Shown here: piece after piece, positions 8,289-16,728 of the stretch
Numbering within the stretch: position 1 is the stretch's first letter
Layout: each line of letters opens with the position of its first letter
Assembly (NCBI GenBank): GCA_963717145.1
Contig: OY970325.1
Span: 1,856,001-1,920,000, forward strand
DNA: 64,000 nucleotides
From: an uncultured Armatimonadetes bacterium
Lineage (GTDB): Bacteria > Armatimonadota > UBA5829 > DTJY01
Direction of reading: 5' to 3'
The notes under the pieces: model-generated
What the model saw: the letters and a program-made list of their open reading frames with translations, nothing else
Told to the model about the DNA's origin: nothing
Databases searched by the model: none
Made by a program: the position numbers and the translations under genes

Positions 8289-9990
8289 AGGGTTGCCTCA
8301 GCATCCGCATCATCTCGGATGGAAGCACCGGGACATACTCCGGGCCGAGGAGCTTCAGGGCATCCACCACGACGGTCGGCGAGTTGAACCAGTTGATCAG
8401 GCAGATGTGAACGAACGCCGGGCGCTCCTTCGGCACGACATCCCTGATCGCATCGGCCAGCAGCTTCGCGCTCTGGTCGTTCGGCGCGGAATTCCCGGGG
8501 GCTGCGAGTGCCCTCAGGACCGATACTCCGCGCGCAACCGTGAATGTGGCGCGCGACGAACTCACTCCCAGCGCCGGCCCGTAGTCGCCGATGATGCCGT
8601 CGAGGTTCGGGAGCTTCCGCGCCCACTCATCGAAGTCGGCGCGCGTCCATGGCACGCCGCTCGTGTCGCCGAGATGAACGATCTGCATGCCCAGCCGGTC
8701 CATCGCCTCGCCGGTGAGCTTCAGGTATTCGTCGTAGACCGCCTGGTGGTTTGCATAGAGGTCCTTGCCGTACAAGGAAGGCGTCTGGAGGCCGATACCC
8801 GCCGTCGAGCAGACGAATTCGTCGTTCGGCGTGCGCGTGCGATACAGATACTCGACCACGTCGGGCATGATCTCGGCCGCAAGCGGGTTGAGCGACCATG
8901 AGATCGGGACCTTCCCACGATCCGCGTTCTCCCACCACTGACCGCTGCGGAAGTACTGCTGTATGTACTGCAGGTTGTCGCCGTCGGTGACGTTGAAGCA
9001 GAGGTAGACCTTAGAGATGTCAACCACCGAGGCACGGAGGTCACGGAGAAGACCCGGATCAGAGTTCTCCCCTCCGTGATCTCCGTGCCTCCGTGGTTCC
9101 TCGAGTCCGGAGTGCACGCTGAGGTTGAAGCAGCCGTCGGTTACGACGATGAACTTGCCCCGTTCGCTCACCAGGCGCTGGAGATCGGGCTCGGTCGCCG
9201 TACCAGGGGGCTGCTCGCCGTATCCACCCCAGCAGCCCATCACCGGCGAGTTCGGCTCGAGGTCCTCCAAGAACTTGAGCAACCATTCGCCGTCGGAGCG
9301 CGTCATGCCGGTGCTCATCCAGAACGGCATGATCTTGTGCGCCACCAGGTAGTCGCGGAGGACGATGTGCGACGGGCAGGTGAACGCGAACACACTGTGG
9401 TTCGCTCTGGGCCACAGCTCCCTGTACGCCCACTCGTACGCTTCGCCGGGATTGTTCCACTTCCCTCTGGCATCGAGCGCCACCGGGAGCTTGAGCTTCT
9501 CGTGCAACTCAGCGGTCACCGGGATGGTGTTGTTGATCGCGCAGTAGAGGGTCAGTGCGTTGAGCTTGTGGAGTGACTCGGGGTTTGCGGCCAGGTTCGA
9601 TTCGTAGAGGACCGCGCCCTTAACGCTCGATCGAAACTTCGAGACGAGGGTGAGCGGATCGGACACCTCTTCGAAGGAATAGCCCTTCTCTCGCAGGCCG
9701 TCCATCCACTTGGGAATCGCCGCCGGGGTATGCCAGCCGGGGTTCTGCGTGATGTAAATCCTTGGCTGCTCCCGGTTCACGAGGCCTTGCAGGACGGTGA
9801 GCGCCAGGCGGATGTCATCCGGCGCATCGAGCAGGTTGACGTGCTGAAGGGTCTTCGCCGGCGGGGGACACTTCGGGAAGACCGGCAGCTTCCGACCGAG
9901 CCTGCCTTCCTTTGCCAAACCGGGCGAAACGGCATCTGCCGCCGACGCACATAGCAGAATGATCATCGAGAGAACAAGCAGCCTGGACAT
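8287..9990 (-). CDS. GxGYxYP-family putative glycoside hydrolase
   Basis: Signal peptide, LQGLVNREQPRIY, LRDYLVA, TDGDNLQY, GIGLQTP; palindrome in the linker. Confidence 0.8.
   Translation of the reverse strand: MSRLLVLSMIILLCASAADAVSPGLAKEGRLGRKLPVFPKCPPPAKTLQHVNLLDAPDDIRLALTVLQGLVNREQPRIYITQNPGWHTPAAIPKWMDGLREKGYSFEEVSDPLTLVSKFRSSVKGAVLYESNLAANPESLHKLNALTLYCAINNTIPVTAELHEKLKLPVALDARGKWNNPGEAYEWAYRELWPRANHSVFAFTCPSHIVLRDYLVAHKIMPFWMSTGMTRSDGEWLLKFLEDLEPNSPVMGCWGGYGEQPPGTATEPDLQRLVSERGKFIVVTDGCFNLSVHSGLEEPRRHGDHGGENSDPGLLRDLRASVVDISKVYLCFNVTDGDNLQYIQQYFRSGQWWENADRGKVPISWSLNPLAAEIMPDVVEYLYRTRTPNDEFVCSTAGIGLQTPSLYGKDLYANHQAVYDEYLKLTGEAMDRLGMQIVHLGDTSGVPWTRADFDEWARKLPNLDGIIGDYGPALGVSSSRATFTVARGVSVLRALAAPGNSAPNDQSAKLLADAIRDVVPKERPAFVHICLINWFNSPTVVVDALKLLGPEYVPVLPSEMMRMLRQP
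9022..9098. repeat. CACGGAG 9-mer palindromic repeat inside a CDS
   Basis: AACCACCGAGGCACGGAGGTCACGGAG...CTCCGTGATCTCCGTGCCTCCGTGGTT. Confidence 0.8.
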
Positions 9991-10000
9991 GGCACGCCTT

Positions 10001-10804
10001 TCAGAAGCTCTGCTCTTCGCCGGGGAAGTCACCGTCCCGGACCGCCGCTGCGTACTCTTTGAACGCGTTTGTCATCTGAGCGCCGATCTCCGCGAACCTC
10101 CTGGCGTGTTTCGGCGTCCCGTTCACCGTCAGGCCGAGGAGATCGTGGAGCACGAGCACCTGCCCGTCGCAGTCCGGTCCCGCGCCGATCCCGATCGTCG
10201 GGACGGAAACCGCCGCCGTAACCTCGCGAGCGAGTTCCCGCGGGATGACTTCGAGCACGATGGAGAAGACTCCGGCGGCTTCGAGTTCACGCGCGTCGCT
10301 GAGGATGCGCTCGGCCTCGGATGTGGTCCGGCCCTGGACCCGCGGCCCGCCGAACTTGAACTTCGACTGCGGGGTGTAGCCGAGGTGGCCCATGACCGGA
10401 ATGCCAGCGTCGATGATGCTCTTCACGGCATCGATGACAAGGTGGCCGCCTTCGAGCTTCACCGCATGGATGCCCGCCTCCTGCATGTATCGTCCCGCGT
10501 TCCGAAGCGCCTCCTCCGGGCTGATCTGGTAGGACATGAACGGCATGTCGCCGACCACCAGCGCATGTTCGACACCCCGCGTGACGGCACTCGCATGGTG
10601 GATCATCATCTCCATCGTGACCGGCAGGGTGCTCTCGAGGCCGAGCACGACTTCGCCGAGCGAGTCTCCCACCAGGACGATGTCGATCCCGGCGGCGTCC
10701 ATCAGCTTTGCGGTCGGATAGTCATAGGCGGTCAAGACGGCGATCTTCTCGCCTTTCGCCTTCTTCTCGACGATGCTTTTCGTGGTGATCCGTTTGCCGT
10801 TCAT
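10001..10804 (-). CDS. panB: 3-methyl-2-oxobutanoate hydroxymethyltransferase
   Basis: LTAYD, LVGDSLG, VKLEGG, MGHLGYTPQS, TIGIGAG..CDGQVLV. Confidence 0.97.
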   Translation of the reverse strand: MNGKRITTKSIVEKKAKGEKIAVLTAYDYPTAKLMDAAGIDIVLVGDSLGEVVLGLESTLPVTMEMMIHHASAVTRGVEHALVVGDMPFMSYQISPEEALRNAGRYMQEAGIHAVKLEGGHLVIDAVKSIIDAGIPVMGHLGYTPQSKFKFGGPRVQGRTTSEAERILSDARELEAAGVFSIVLEVIPRELAREVTAAVSVPTIGIGAGPDCDGQVLVLHDLLGLTVNGTPKHARRFAEIGAQMTNAFKEYAAAVRDGDFPGEEQSF

Positions 10805-10825
10805 ATCAGTCCTCACAATGCGTCT

Positions 10826-12010
10826 CTAGAAATGATCCGGAAGCCAGAAGGCCGGGCGCTGCCTCGGGAAGAGCGCCGATATGATCTCCGTGGCTTCCGA
10901 TGTCGTTTCGATGCCAAGCTCCTCGATGCTCTTGATCCCGAGGAGCAGGCAGAAGAAGTCGGGCTGGCTCATCGGGACGCGGGTTGGCTTTCGCGCGCCC
11001 TGAACGACCTCGCCCTTCTCGACGGTCAGCGCCAGACTGCCCATCTCCGTGTCGAGACTCACCGCGCCCGACAGCGGATTCGACTCCCGCGCGCGACGGT
11101 TCAACTCGGGCATCAGTCGCCGCCCGAGCGACGTCATGTTCGTCACCAGGCACATTCCGCCCCTGCTCTCCGTGACCTTGAAGTCGTCGATGACGTCCTG
11201 AAACGCCGAGAGCACCGCCGGTTCCTCCGGAACATAGGCATGGATCGTCTTGACCCCTCGGTCGCGCATCCGGACCGCGTTCGAGTGCATCAGTGGCCCG
11301 ATGCATCTTCCGTGAGCGGCGAGATACCCCAGTTCGCCGATCGAGGAGTTCTCGCCGTTCGAATTGGCGAGGAGATAGCCGACTACCGACCCATTGTACT
11401 CCGCCACGAGGGTGTCCTCCTGCGGTCCGAATCTGGGCACGACGTATCCCTGCCAGTACTCCGGCGTGCGAGCAGTCGTGTACGCACGTCCACCGCTGAA
11501 CGACTTGTGGGACTCCTCCAGGGCAGGGAGGTCAGTCGAGAAGTCGCAGGCCCGGACGACGTAACCCGTCGAATCGCCGTCGAGGTCATGGCGGATGGCT
11601 CCTGAGAAGATCTTCGTCGGCACGGACCGCCATCCGAGCCGACCATAGAAATCGCGGATGCCGGTGAAGAGCACCGAGAAGTCCATGCCATGGCGCTTCA
11701 TCACGCGGATGATGTCCCTGAGGCATTGGGTGTTGTACCCTCTGCCTCGGTAGTCCGGGTCCGTTACAACGCACGCGATCCCGCCCATAATGAGTTCGGC
11801 GCTCCCGACGTAGACCTTGCGCTCGACGACCTGCACGGCGCTGACGAGCTTACCATCCTCCTCGCAGACGCGTGTGTAGGCCCGACGGTACCACGGGTCG
11901 CCGTAGAAGTAGGGCGCGAAGAGACTCCTCGGCACGGGAGCGAAGACCTTCTCCCACAGGTCGAGGCATTCTTCGTATTCAGACGGCTTGACGGAACGGA
12001 AGACGGGCAT
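10826..12010 (-). CDS. Eis-like GNAT acetyltransferase
   Basis: GGIACVVTDPDYRGRG, FYGRLGW, second GNAT domain and SCP2-like tail. Confidence 0.85.
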   Translation of the reverse strand: MPVFRSVKPSEYEECLDLWEKVFAPVPRSLFAPYFYGDPWYRRAYTRVCEEDGKLVSAVQVVERKVYVGSAELIMGGIACVVTDPDYRGRGYNTQCLRDIIRVMKRHGMDFSVLFTGIRDFYGRLGWRSVPTKIFSGAIRHDLDGDSTGYVVRACDFSTDLPALEESHKSFSGGRAYTTARTPEYWQGYVVPRFGPQEDTLVAEYNGSVVGYLLANSNGENSSIGELGYLAAHGRCIGPLMHSNAVRMRDRGVKTIHAYVPEEPAVLSAFQDVIDDFKVTESRGGMCLVTNMTSLGRRLMPELNRRARESNPLSGAVSLDTEMGSLALTVEKGEVVQGARKPTRVPMSQPDFFCLLLGIKSIEELGIETTSEATEIISALFPRQRPAFWLPDHF

Positions 12011-12035
12011 TTCCACTCTCTTTCTAACGCCACCC

Positions 12036-12141
12036 CCGTCAGTCCTGAGTAGCCGGTGAATGACGGCGTAACGAAGGACGGCCTTACTGCACCAGCCGTC
12101 CTTCGTTACGCCGTCATTCACCGGCTACTCAGGACTGACGG
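12036..12141. repeat. Long palindrome, CCGTCAGTCCTGAG family, copy 1
   Basis: About 47-nt perfect arms; near-identical copy at 57097-57208. Confidence 0.9.
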
Positions 12142-12149
12142 TTCCTGTC

Positions 12150-13319
12150 TCAAGTCTCAAGTCTAAGCCGGTCGTACTGCTCCCGGATCATATTCGCCAA
12201 CTCGGATGCCGGATCGATCTCGCAGACATCGCGGAACACCTTATCGAGGCCGCCATCTCGGATCATCGTCTGGATCTCGAGCGCCGCCGGGTCGTCAGGA
12301 TTGTCGAACCGAAGGGCCGCCGCAGTCCCGACGCAGACGTTGGTCGGCCTGATGCCGTACTCCAGGCAAAGCTTCGCGCCCCCGATCATGCGGTCGTCCG
12401 GGCCGAGCTTGCGGACCGGATCTCTTCCCACGCGCGAGACCTGATCCCCAAGCGCTACGTTCGAGAAGCGGTCGAGCAGGTCGTCGATGTGCGCCTGATG
12501 CTTCTCCTTCGTGAAGCCGTGCTTCGCGATCAACGCCGCCCCGGTCTCGGCAAGCGCGGCCTCGACGATCTTCCGGACCTCGGGATCGCGCATCGACTGC
12601 CACACGAACTCGTAGCCCTTGAGCCAACCGAGATACGCCGACGTCGCGTGCCCGAGGTTGTGGGTGAAAAGCTTGCGCTCGATGTACGCCTCGAAGTTGT
12701 CATAGGGCTCGAAGCCGATGATCTTCGGCACATCTCCTCTGAAACCGCGCGCATCGACGGGAAGCCGCTTGTACGCCTCGACGATGATGAGCAGCGGATC
12801 CCGCTTCTTCTGCTCCTGAGTCATCACGGGGACCATTCGGCTGACGACGGATCCGACGAAGCCGATGTGCGCGTCCATATACGCGACGTATCCGGCGGGG
12901 AGCGCGTCCAGGATGTGCCCGCGGAGAGTCTCCCCGGCGGTGAGCAGGTTTTCGCAGATGACGATGTTCAGCGGTTCCTCGATCCCCGCATCGGCTCGAA
13001 GCTCGATCCCCCGGGCGATGGCGGGCGCGACGTGCCGGAGGACGTTGACACCGACGGCGGTGCATACGAGCGAGCAATCCCTGACCTCACGCGCGACAGC
13101 CTCGCGGTCGGAGCCATGGACCGCGCGGATGTTGGTGATCGTCACGATCTCCGGGTGTTCGGAGGCGATCTCGATGGGGTAACTCCCGCGCTCGTTGATA
13201 AGATCGACGACCTCATCGATCACGTCGACGAATACGACCTCATATCCCGACTCCGTGAACAACTGCGCGGTGAATCCCCGCCCGATATTGCCCGCCCCGA
13301 ATTGGATTGCTTTTTTCAA
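12150..13319 (-). CDS. mtlD: Mannitol-1-phosphate 5-dehydrogenase family
   Basis: QFGAGNIGRGF, ICENL, VSRMVP, ERKLFTHNLGH, RVGRDPVRKL; TTG start inferred. Confidence 0.88.
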   Translation of the reverse strand: MKKAIQFGAGNIGRGFTAQLFTESGYEVVFVDVIDEVVDLINERGSYPIEIASEHPEIVTITNIRAVHGSDREAVAREVRDCSLVCTAVGVNVLRHVAPAIARGIELRADAGIEEPLNIVICENLLTAGETLRGHILDALPAGYVAYMDAHIGFVGSVVSRMVPVMTQEQKKRDPLLIIVEAYKRLPVDARGFRGDVPKIIGFEPYDNFEAYIERKLFTHNLGHATSAYLGWLKGYEFVWQSMRDPEVRKIVEAALAETGAALIAKHGFTKEKHQAHIDDLLDRFSNVALGDQVSRVGRDPVRKLGPDDRMIGGAKLCLEYGIRPTNVCVGTAAALRFDNPDDPAALEIQTMIRDGGLDKVFRDVCEIDPASELANMIREQYDRLRLET

Positions 13320-13355
13320 TGGTTGATCCTCTCTCGCTCGCCATCGTCCAACCAC

Positions 13356-13386
13356 GTAGGGAACGGGACAGCGCCACGTTCCCTAC
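13356..13386. repeat. Short GTAG...CTAC REP
   Basis: GTAGGGAACG...CGTTCCCTAC. Confidence 0.7.
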
Positions 13387-13396
13387 ACGATGTCGG

Positions 13397-15751
13397 TTAT
13401 GTCTTCTTGAACGTCACGACCGTCGCGCCGGACCCGCCCTCTTCGCGCTCGCCGATGCGGAAAGACTCGACGGCGTGGTGGTTCTTCAGGTAATCCCAAA
13501 CCGCTTTCCTCAGCGCACCGGTCCCCATCCCGTGGATGATCCGCGCGCTCGGGAGGCCCGCGAGGTACGCGTCGTCGATGTACTTGTCGAGATTCTCGAC
13601 CGCCTGCTCGACGCGCTGGGCAATCAACTTCAGCTCGGGGGATACCGCGCCGGCCTTCGATGTGCTGATGACGGTCGCGCCGGTAGTCTCCTCCTTCTTC
13701 TTGAGAGGCTTCGCCGGACGGAGCGCCGTGACCGGGACGTTGACCTTCATCGAGCCGATCATCACCACCGCGTCGGACGTCCCCGGCTCGGTGAGCAACT
13801 GCCCGTCGAGCCCGAACGTCGTGACCCTCACGGAGTCGCCCTTCTTGAGGACATACGGCTCGTCCGGCTCCTCATACGCCGGTTCGAGCGTCTCCTCGAC
13901 CTCCGCCCGAAGCTCCTTGACCCGGTGCTTGAAGCGCTCCCTGCTCTCCTGCACGACTTGCTCGGTCTTCTCGGGATGTGTCCGCAGGTCCAGGATGATC
14001 TCATCGAGTTCCGCGACCTTCTCCTTGACGCGGCGCTCGACTTCACCCGCGAGCTGTTGACGCATCTCCCGGCGCAATTCCTCGATCTCCTCGAGGCGGT
14101 GCTCATATCTAGAACGGAGTATTTCCGCGTCGCGGGACGTGCGCTCGGCGATCTGAGCCTTCTCGGTCGCGACCTTGTGCGTCTCCTCGATGCGACGAAT
14201 GATCTCCTCCGATCTTTCGCCGCCCTTGACCATGCCCTTCGCCTCGGTGACGATGTCGTCAGGGAGGCCGAGCCTGGACGCGATCGCGAAGGCGTTGCTG
14301 CTCCCGGGTACGCCGATCATGAGCCTGTATGTGGGACGAAGCGTATTCAGGTCGAACTCGACGCTCGCATTCTCGACCCCGTCGCGGATAAATGCGAACT
14401 CCTTCAACTCGCCGTAATGAGTGGTCGCGACCGTGGACGCTCCGCTCGCGAGGAGGTGATCGAGCACGGACTTCGCGAGGGCCGCGCCCTCAGCCGGATC
14501 GGTCCCCGCCCCAAGCTCGTCGAGCAGCACGAGGGAACGTTTGCCCGCGCGGCCGACGATGTTGACGATGTTCGTCATGTGCGACGAAAAGGTGCTGAGC
14601 GACTGCGCGATGCTCTGCTCGTCACCGATATCGGCGAAGACATCCTCGAACACCGCGAGCTTGCTGCCCTCTCTCGCGGGAATGTGCAGGCCGCTCTGCG
14701 CCATCAACACCAGCAGGCCGACGGTCTTGAGCGTCACGGTCTTCCCGCCGGTGTTCGGCCCGGTAATGAGCAGGGTCTTGAAGCGCTTCCCCAACTCCAC
14801 GTCGATCGGGACGACGGCGCCCGTGAGAAGCGGGTGACGCGCCTCGATCATATCGACCTTCCCCTCGCGATTCAGCTCCGGCTCGACCGCGTCCATGTCA
14901 CACGAGAGTTTCCCCTTGGCCGAGGCGAAATCGAGCCGCCCGAGCGCATCGAGAGTGACCCGCAGTTCGGGCGCGGCGACGGAGACCATGCCGCTCAGTC
15001 GGCGGAGTATCCTATCGACCTCCTGCTGTTCGGCGGCGGCAAGCTCTCGTAGCTCGTTCCCAAGCTCGACCACGGCCGTGGGCTCGATGAACACGGTCGC
15101 ACCGCTCGCGCTGCTGTCGTGGACGATGCCCGCGATGCTGTGCTTGTGCTCCGATTTCACCGGTATGCAGTAACGATCCCCGCGCTGGGTGATGACCGGG
15201 TCCTGAATCTGCGTACGATGGTCGGCGGAGTGGATGATCGCGTTGAGCTTGTCGAGCATCCTGTTGTGGACGGTCTTGATCTTGCTCCGAATCCGCGCGA
15301 GTTCGGGGCTCGCGGTGTCGCGCACCTCGGCCTTGTCGCTGATCGCCTCGTCGATGGCGCGCTCGATCTGGGGGAGCGGCGTGATGTTCGCGGCGATCTC
15401 CATCAGCTTCGGGGACTTGTCCGCACGTTTGACAATGTAGTTGCGCAGTCTGCTCGCGGACGAGAGCGTCCCGGCGACCCGGAGCAGTTCCGCGGGCTGA
15501 AGGAGCGCCTCAACGGAGGCCTTCCCGACGAGCGGCCTGATGTCGTGGATGCCCCCGAGTGGAAGGCTACCCTCCTCGCGGATGATACGCGCGGCTTCGG
15601 TGGTCTCGCGTTGGCCTTCGGTGATATTCAGCCAGTCCACGCCCGGTTCGAGTTGGCGTGCGACATCGGCGCCGAGAGCGCATGACGTCCGCTCCAGGAG
15701 CATCTCGATGATCTTGTCGAACTCCAAGACTCTGAGGGAATGTGCATCCAT
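13397..15751 (-). CDS. mutS2: Endonuclease MutS2
   Basis: LEFDKI, ITGPNTGGKT, DIGDEQSI.QSLSTFSSHM, LDELGAGTDP, Smr IIHGMGTGAL. Confidence 0.97.
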   Translation of the reverse strand: MDAHSLRVLEFDKIIEMLLERTSCALGADVARQLEPGVDWLNITEGQRETTEAARIIREEGSLPLGGIHDIRPLVGKASVEALLQPAELLRVAGTLSSASRLRNYIVKRADKSPKLMEIAANITPLPQIERAIDEAISDKAEVRDTASPELARIRSKIKTVHNRMLDKLNAIIHSADHRTQIQDPVITQRGDRYCIPVKSEHKHSIAGIVHDSSASGATVFIEPTAVVELGNELRELAAAEQQEVDRILRRLSGMVSVAAPELRVTLDALGRLDFASAKGKLSCDMDAVEPELNREGKVDMIEARHPLLTGAVVPIDVELGKRFKTLLITGPNTGGKTVTLKTVGLLVLMAQSGLHIPAREGSKLAVFEDVFADIGDEQSIAQSLSTFSSHMTNIVNIVGRAGKRSLVLLDELGAGTDPAEGAALAKSVLDHLLASGASTVATTHYGELKEFAFIRDGVENASVEFDLNTLRPTYRLMIGVPGSSNAFAIASRLGLPDDIVTEAKGMVKGGERSEEIIRRIEETHKVATEKAQIAERTSRDAEILRSRYEHRLEEIEELRREMRQQLAGEVERRVKEKVAELDEIILDLRTHPEKTEQVVQESRERFKHRVKELRAEVEETLEPAYEEPDEPYVLKKGDSVRVTTFGLDGQLLTEPGTSDAVVMIGSMKVNVPVTALRPAKPLKKKEETTGATVISTSKAGAVSPELKLIAQRVEQAVENLDKYIDDAYLAGLPSARIIHGMGTGALRKAVWDYLKNHHAVESFRIGEREEGGSGATVVTFKKT

Positions 15752-15800
15752 GATCGCACAATTCTATCAGGAATGGCGCTCGGGAACAAGCTTGGGGCGG

Positions 15801-16541
15801 CTACTGCCACGTGATCTCCTTGCCGTTGCTCATGAGCGTCGCCACATTGTCGGTCTCAGGCTCGAAAGCCACACCGATCTCATACATTCCGTTTTCCTTC
15901 GAGTCTGCGATGCCGAAGTTCGGCTGATCCGGCCAGCCCAGATGGAAGTCGGGTGAACTCCAACGGAACACTTCCTGGTACGCAGTGCGGTCCAGCTTGT
16001 GCACCAGCAGGATCATCTCGGCCCGCTTGCCGAGTTCCTCCCGTCGCCCGACTACGGTGAAGATCTCGGGTACGAGATCTCCGTCCATGTCCACAGGGAC
16101 CGACATGTGAACGTAGCCGGCGCTACCAAACGGCAGCGAGTAGTTCACGGAGCGTATAGCTTGGTGCATCGTCCGCCTATCGTCTTCCGAAGGCGGTTTC
16201 GGCGGATCGGCCTGCAGGTTCTGAAGATGCCTGAGCCTGGTGATATGGAAATCCGCCTGGCGGGCATAGGTCTGGTCCGGCGCAGACGTATCGTTGGGGA
16301 CGGTCTCAGTCCCGTGAGTCTTCTTCAGGTAGCCCCATGTGGCGATCGCTTCCCCCAGCTTGCCAATGAACTCGCGGAACAGCGCCAGTTCATGCAGAGC
16401 GGAAGCCTGTTCTTCCCCAGTGCTGCTGTGAACCAGGGCTACCATCCGTTCCTCCTCTCCCGCGCGAATTGTGGTGGCGTGCGCGTGGGACAGAGCGACG
16501 ATCACGAGAACTCCTGCGAGCACATAAACGACCTTTCTCAT
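15801..16541 (-). CDS. Hypothetical exported protein
   Basis: GGAGG RBS, signal peptide, DMDGD motif. Confidence 0.6.
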   Translation of the reverse strand: MRKVVYVLAGVLVIVALSHAHATTIRAGEEERMVALVHSSTGEEQASALHELALFREFIGKLGEAIATWGYLKKTHGTETVPNDTSAPDQTYARQADFHITRLRHLQNLQADPPKPPSEDDRRTMHQAIRSVNYSLPFGSAGYVHMSVPVDMDGDLVPEIFTVVGRREELGKRAEMILLVHKLDRTAYQEVFRWSSPDFHLGWPDQPNFGIADSKENGMYEIGVAFEPETDNVATLMSNGKEITWQ

Positions 16542-16728
16542 CTTGACCTCCATGAAGTGAGACATCACGGGTGTATACGTATCTGCTCCTTACCTTGTTA
16601 CGGAGAAGACGGAGAGGCCGATCGGACCGGCCGCGTCATATGGAGGATGAGCCGAGTTTCTGCCGAAGTTACCTTCGAGGCCCATGAGTTGTGCCTCTAC
16701 GCACCTAAGCTTTGAGGAAGTTGTGACT

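Noticed and set aside
8053-8290. Short ORFs over repeats, and repeat-derived 5' extensions of dprA-like, GNAT, selB, M20, mscL and lptD ORFs
   Set aside because: They translate palindromic repeats; better starts lie downstream
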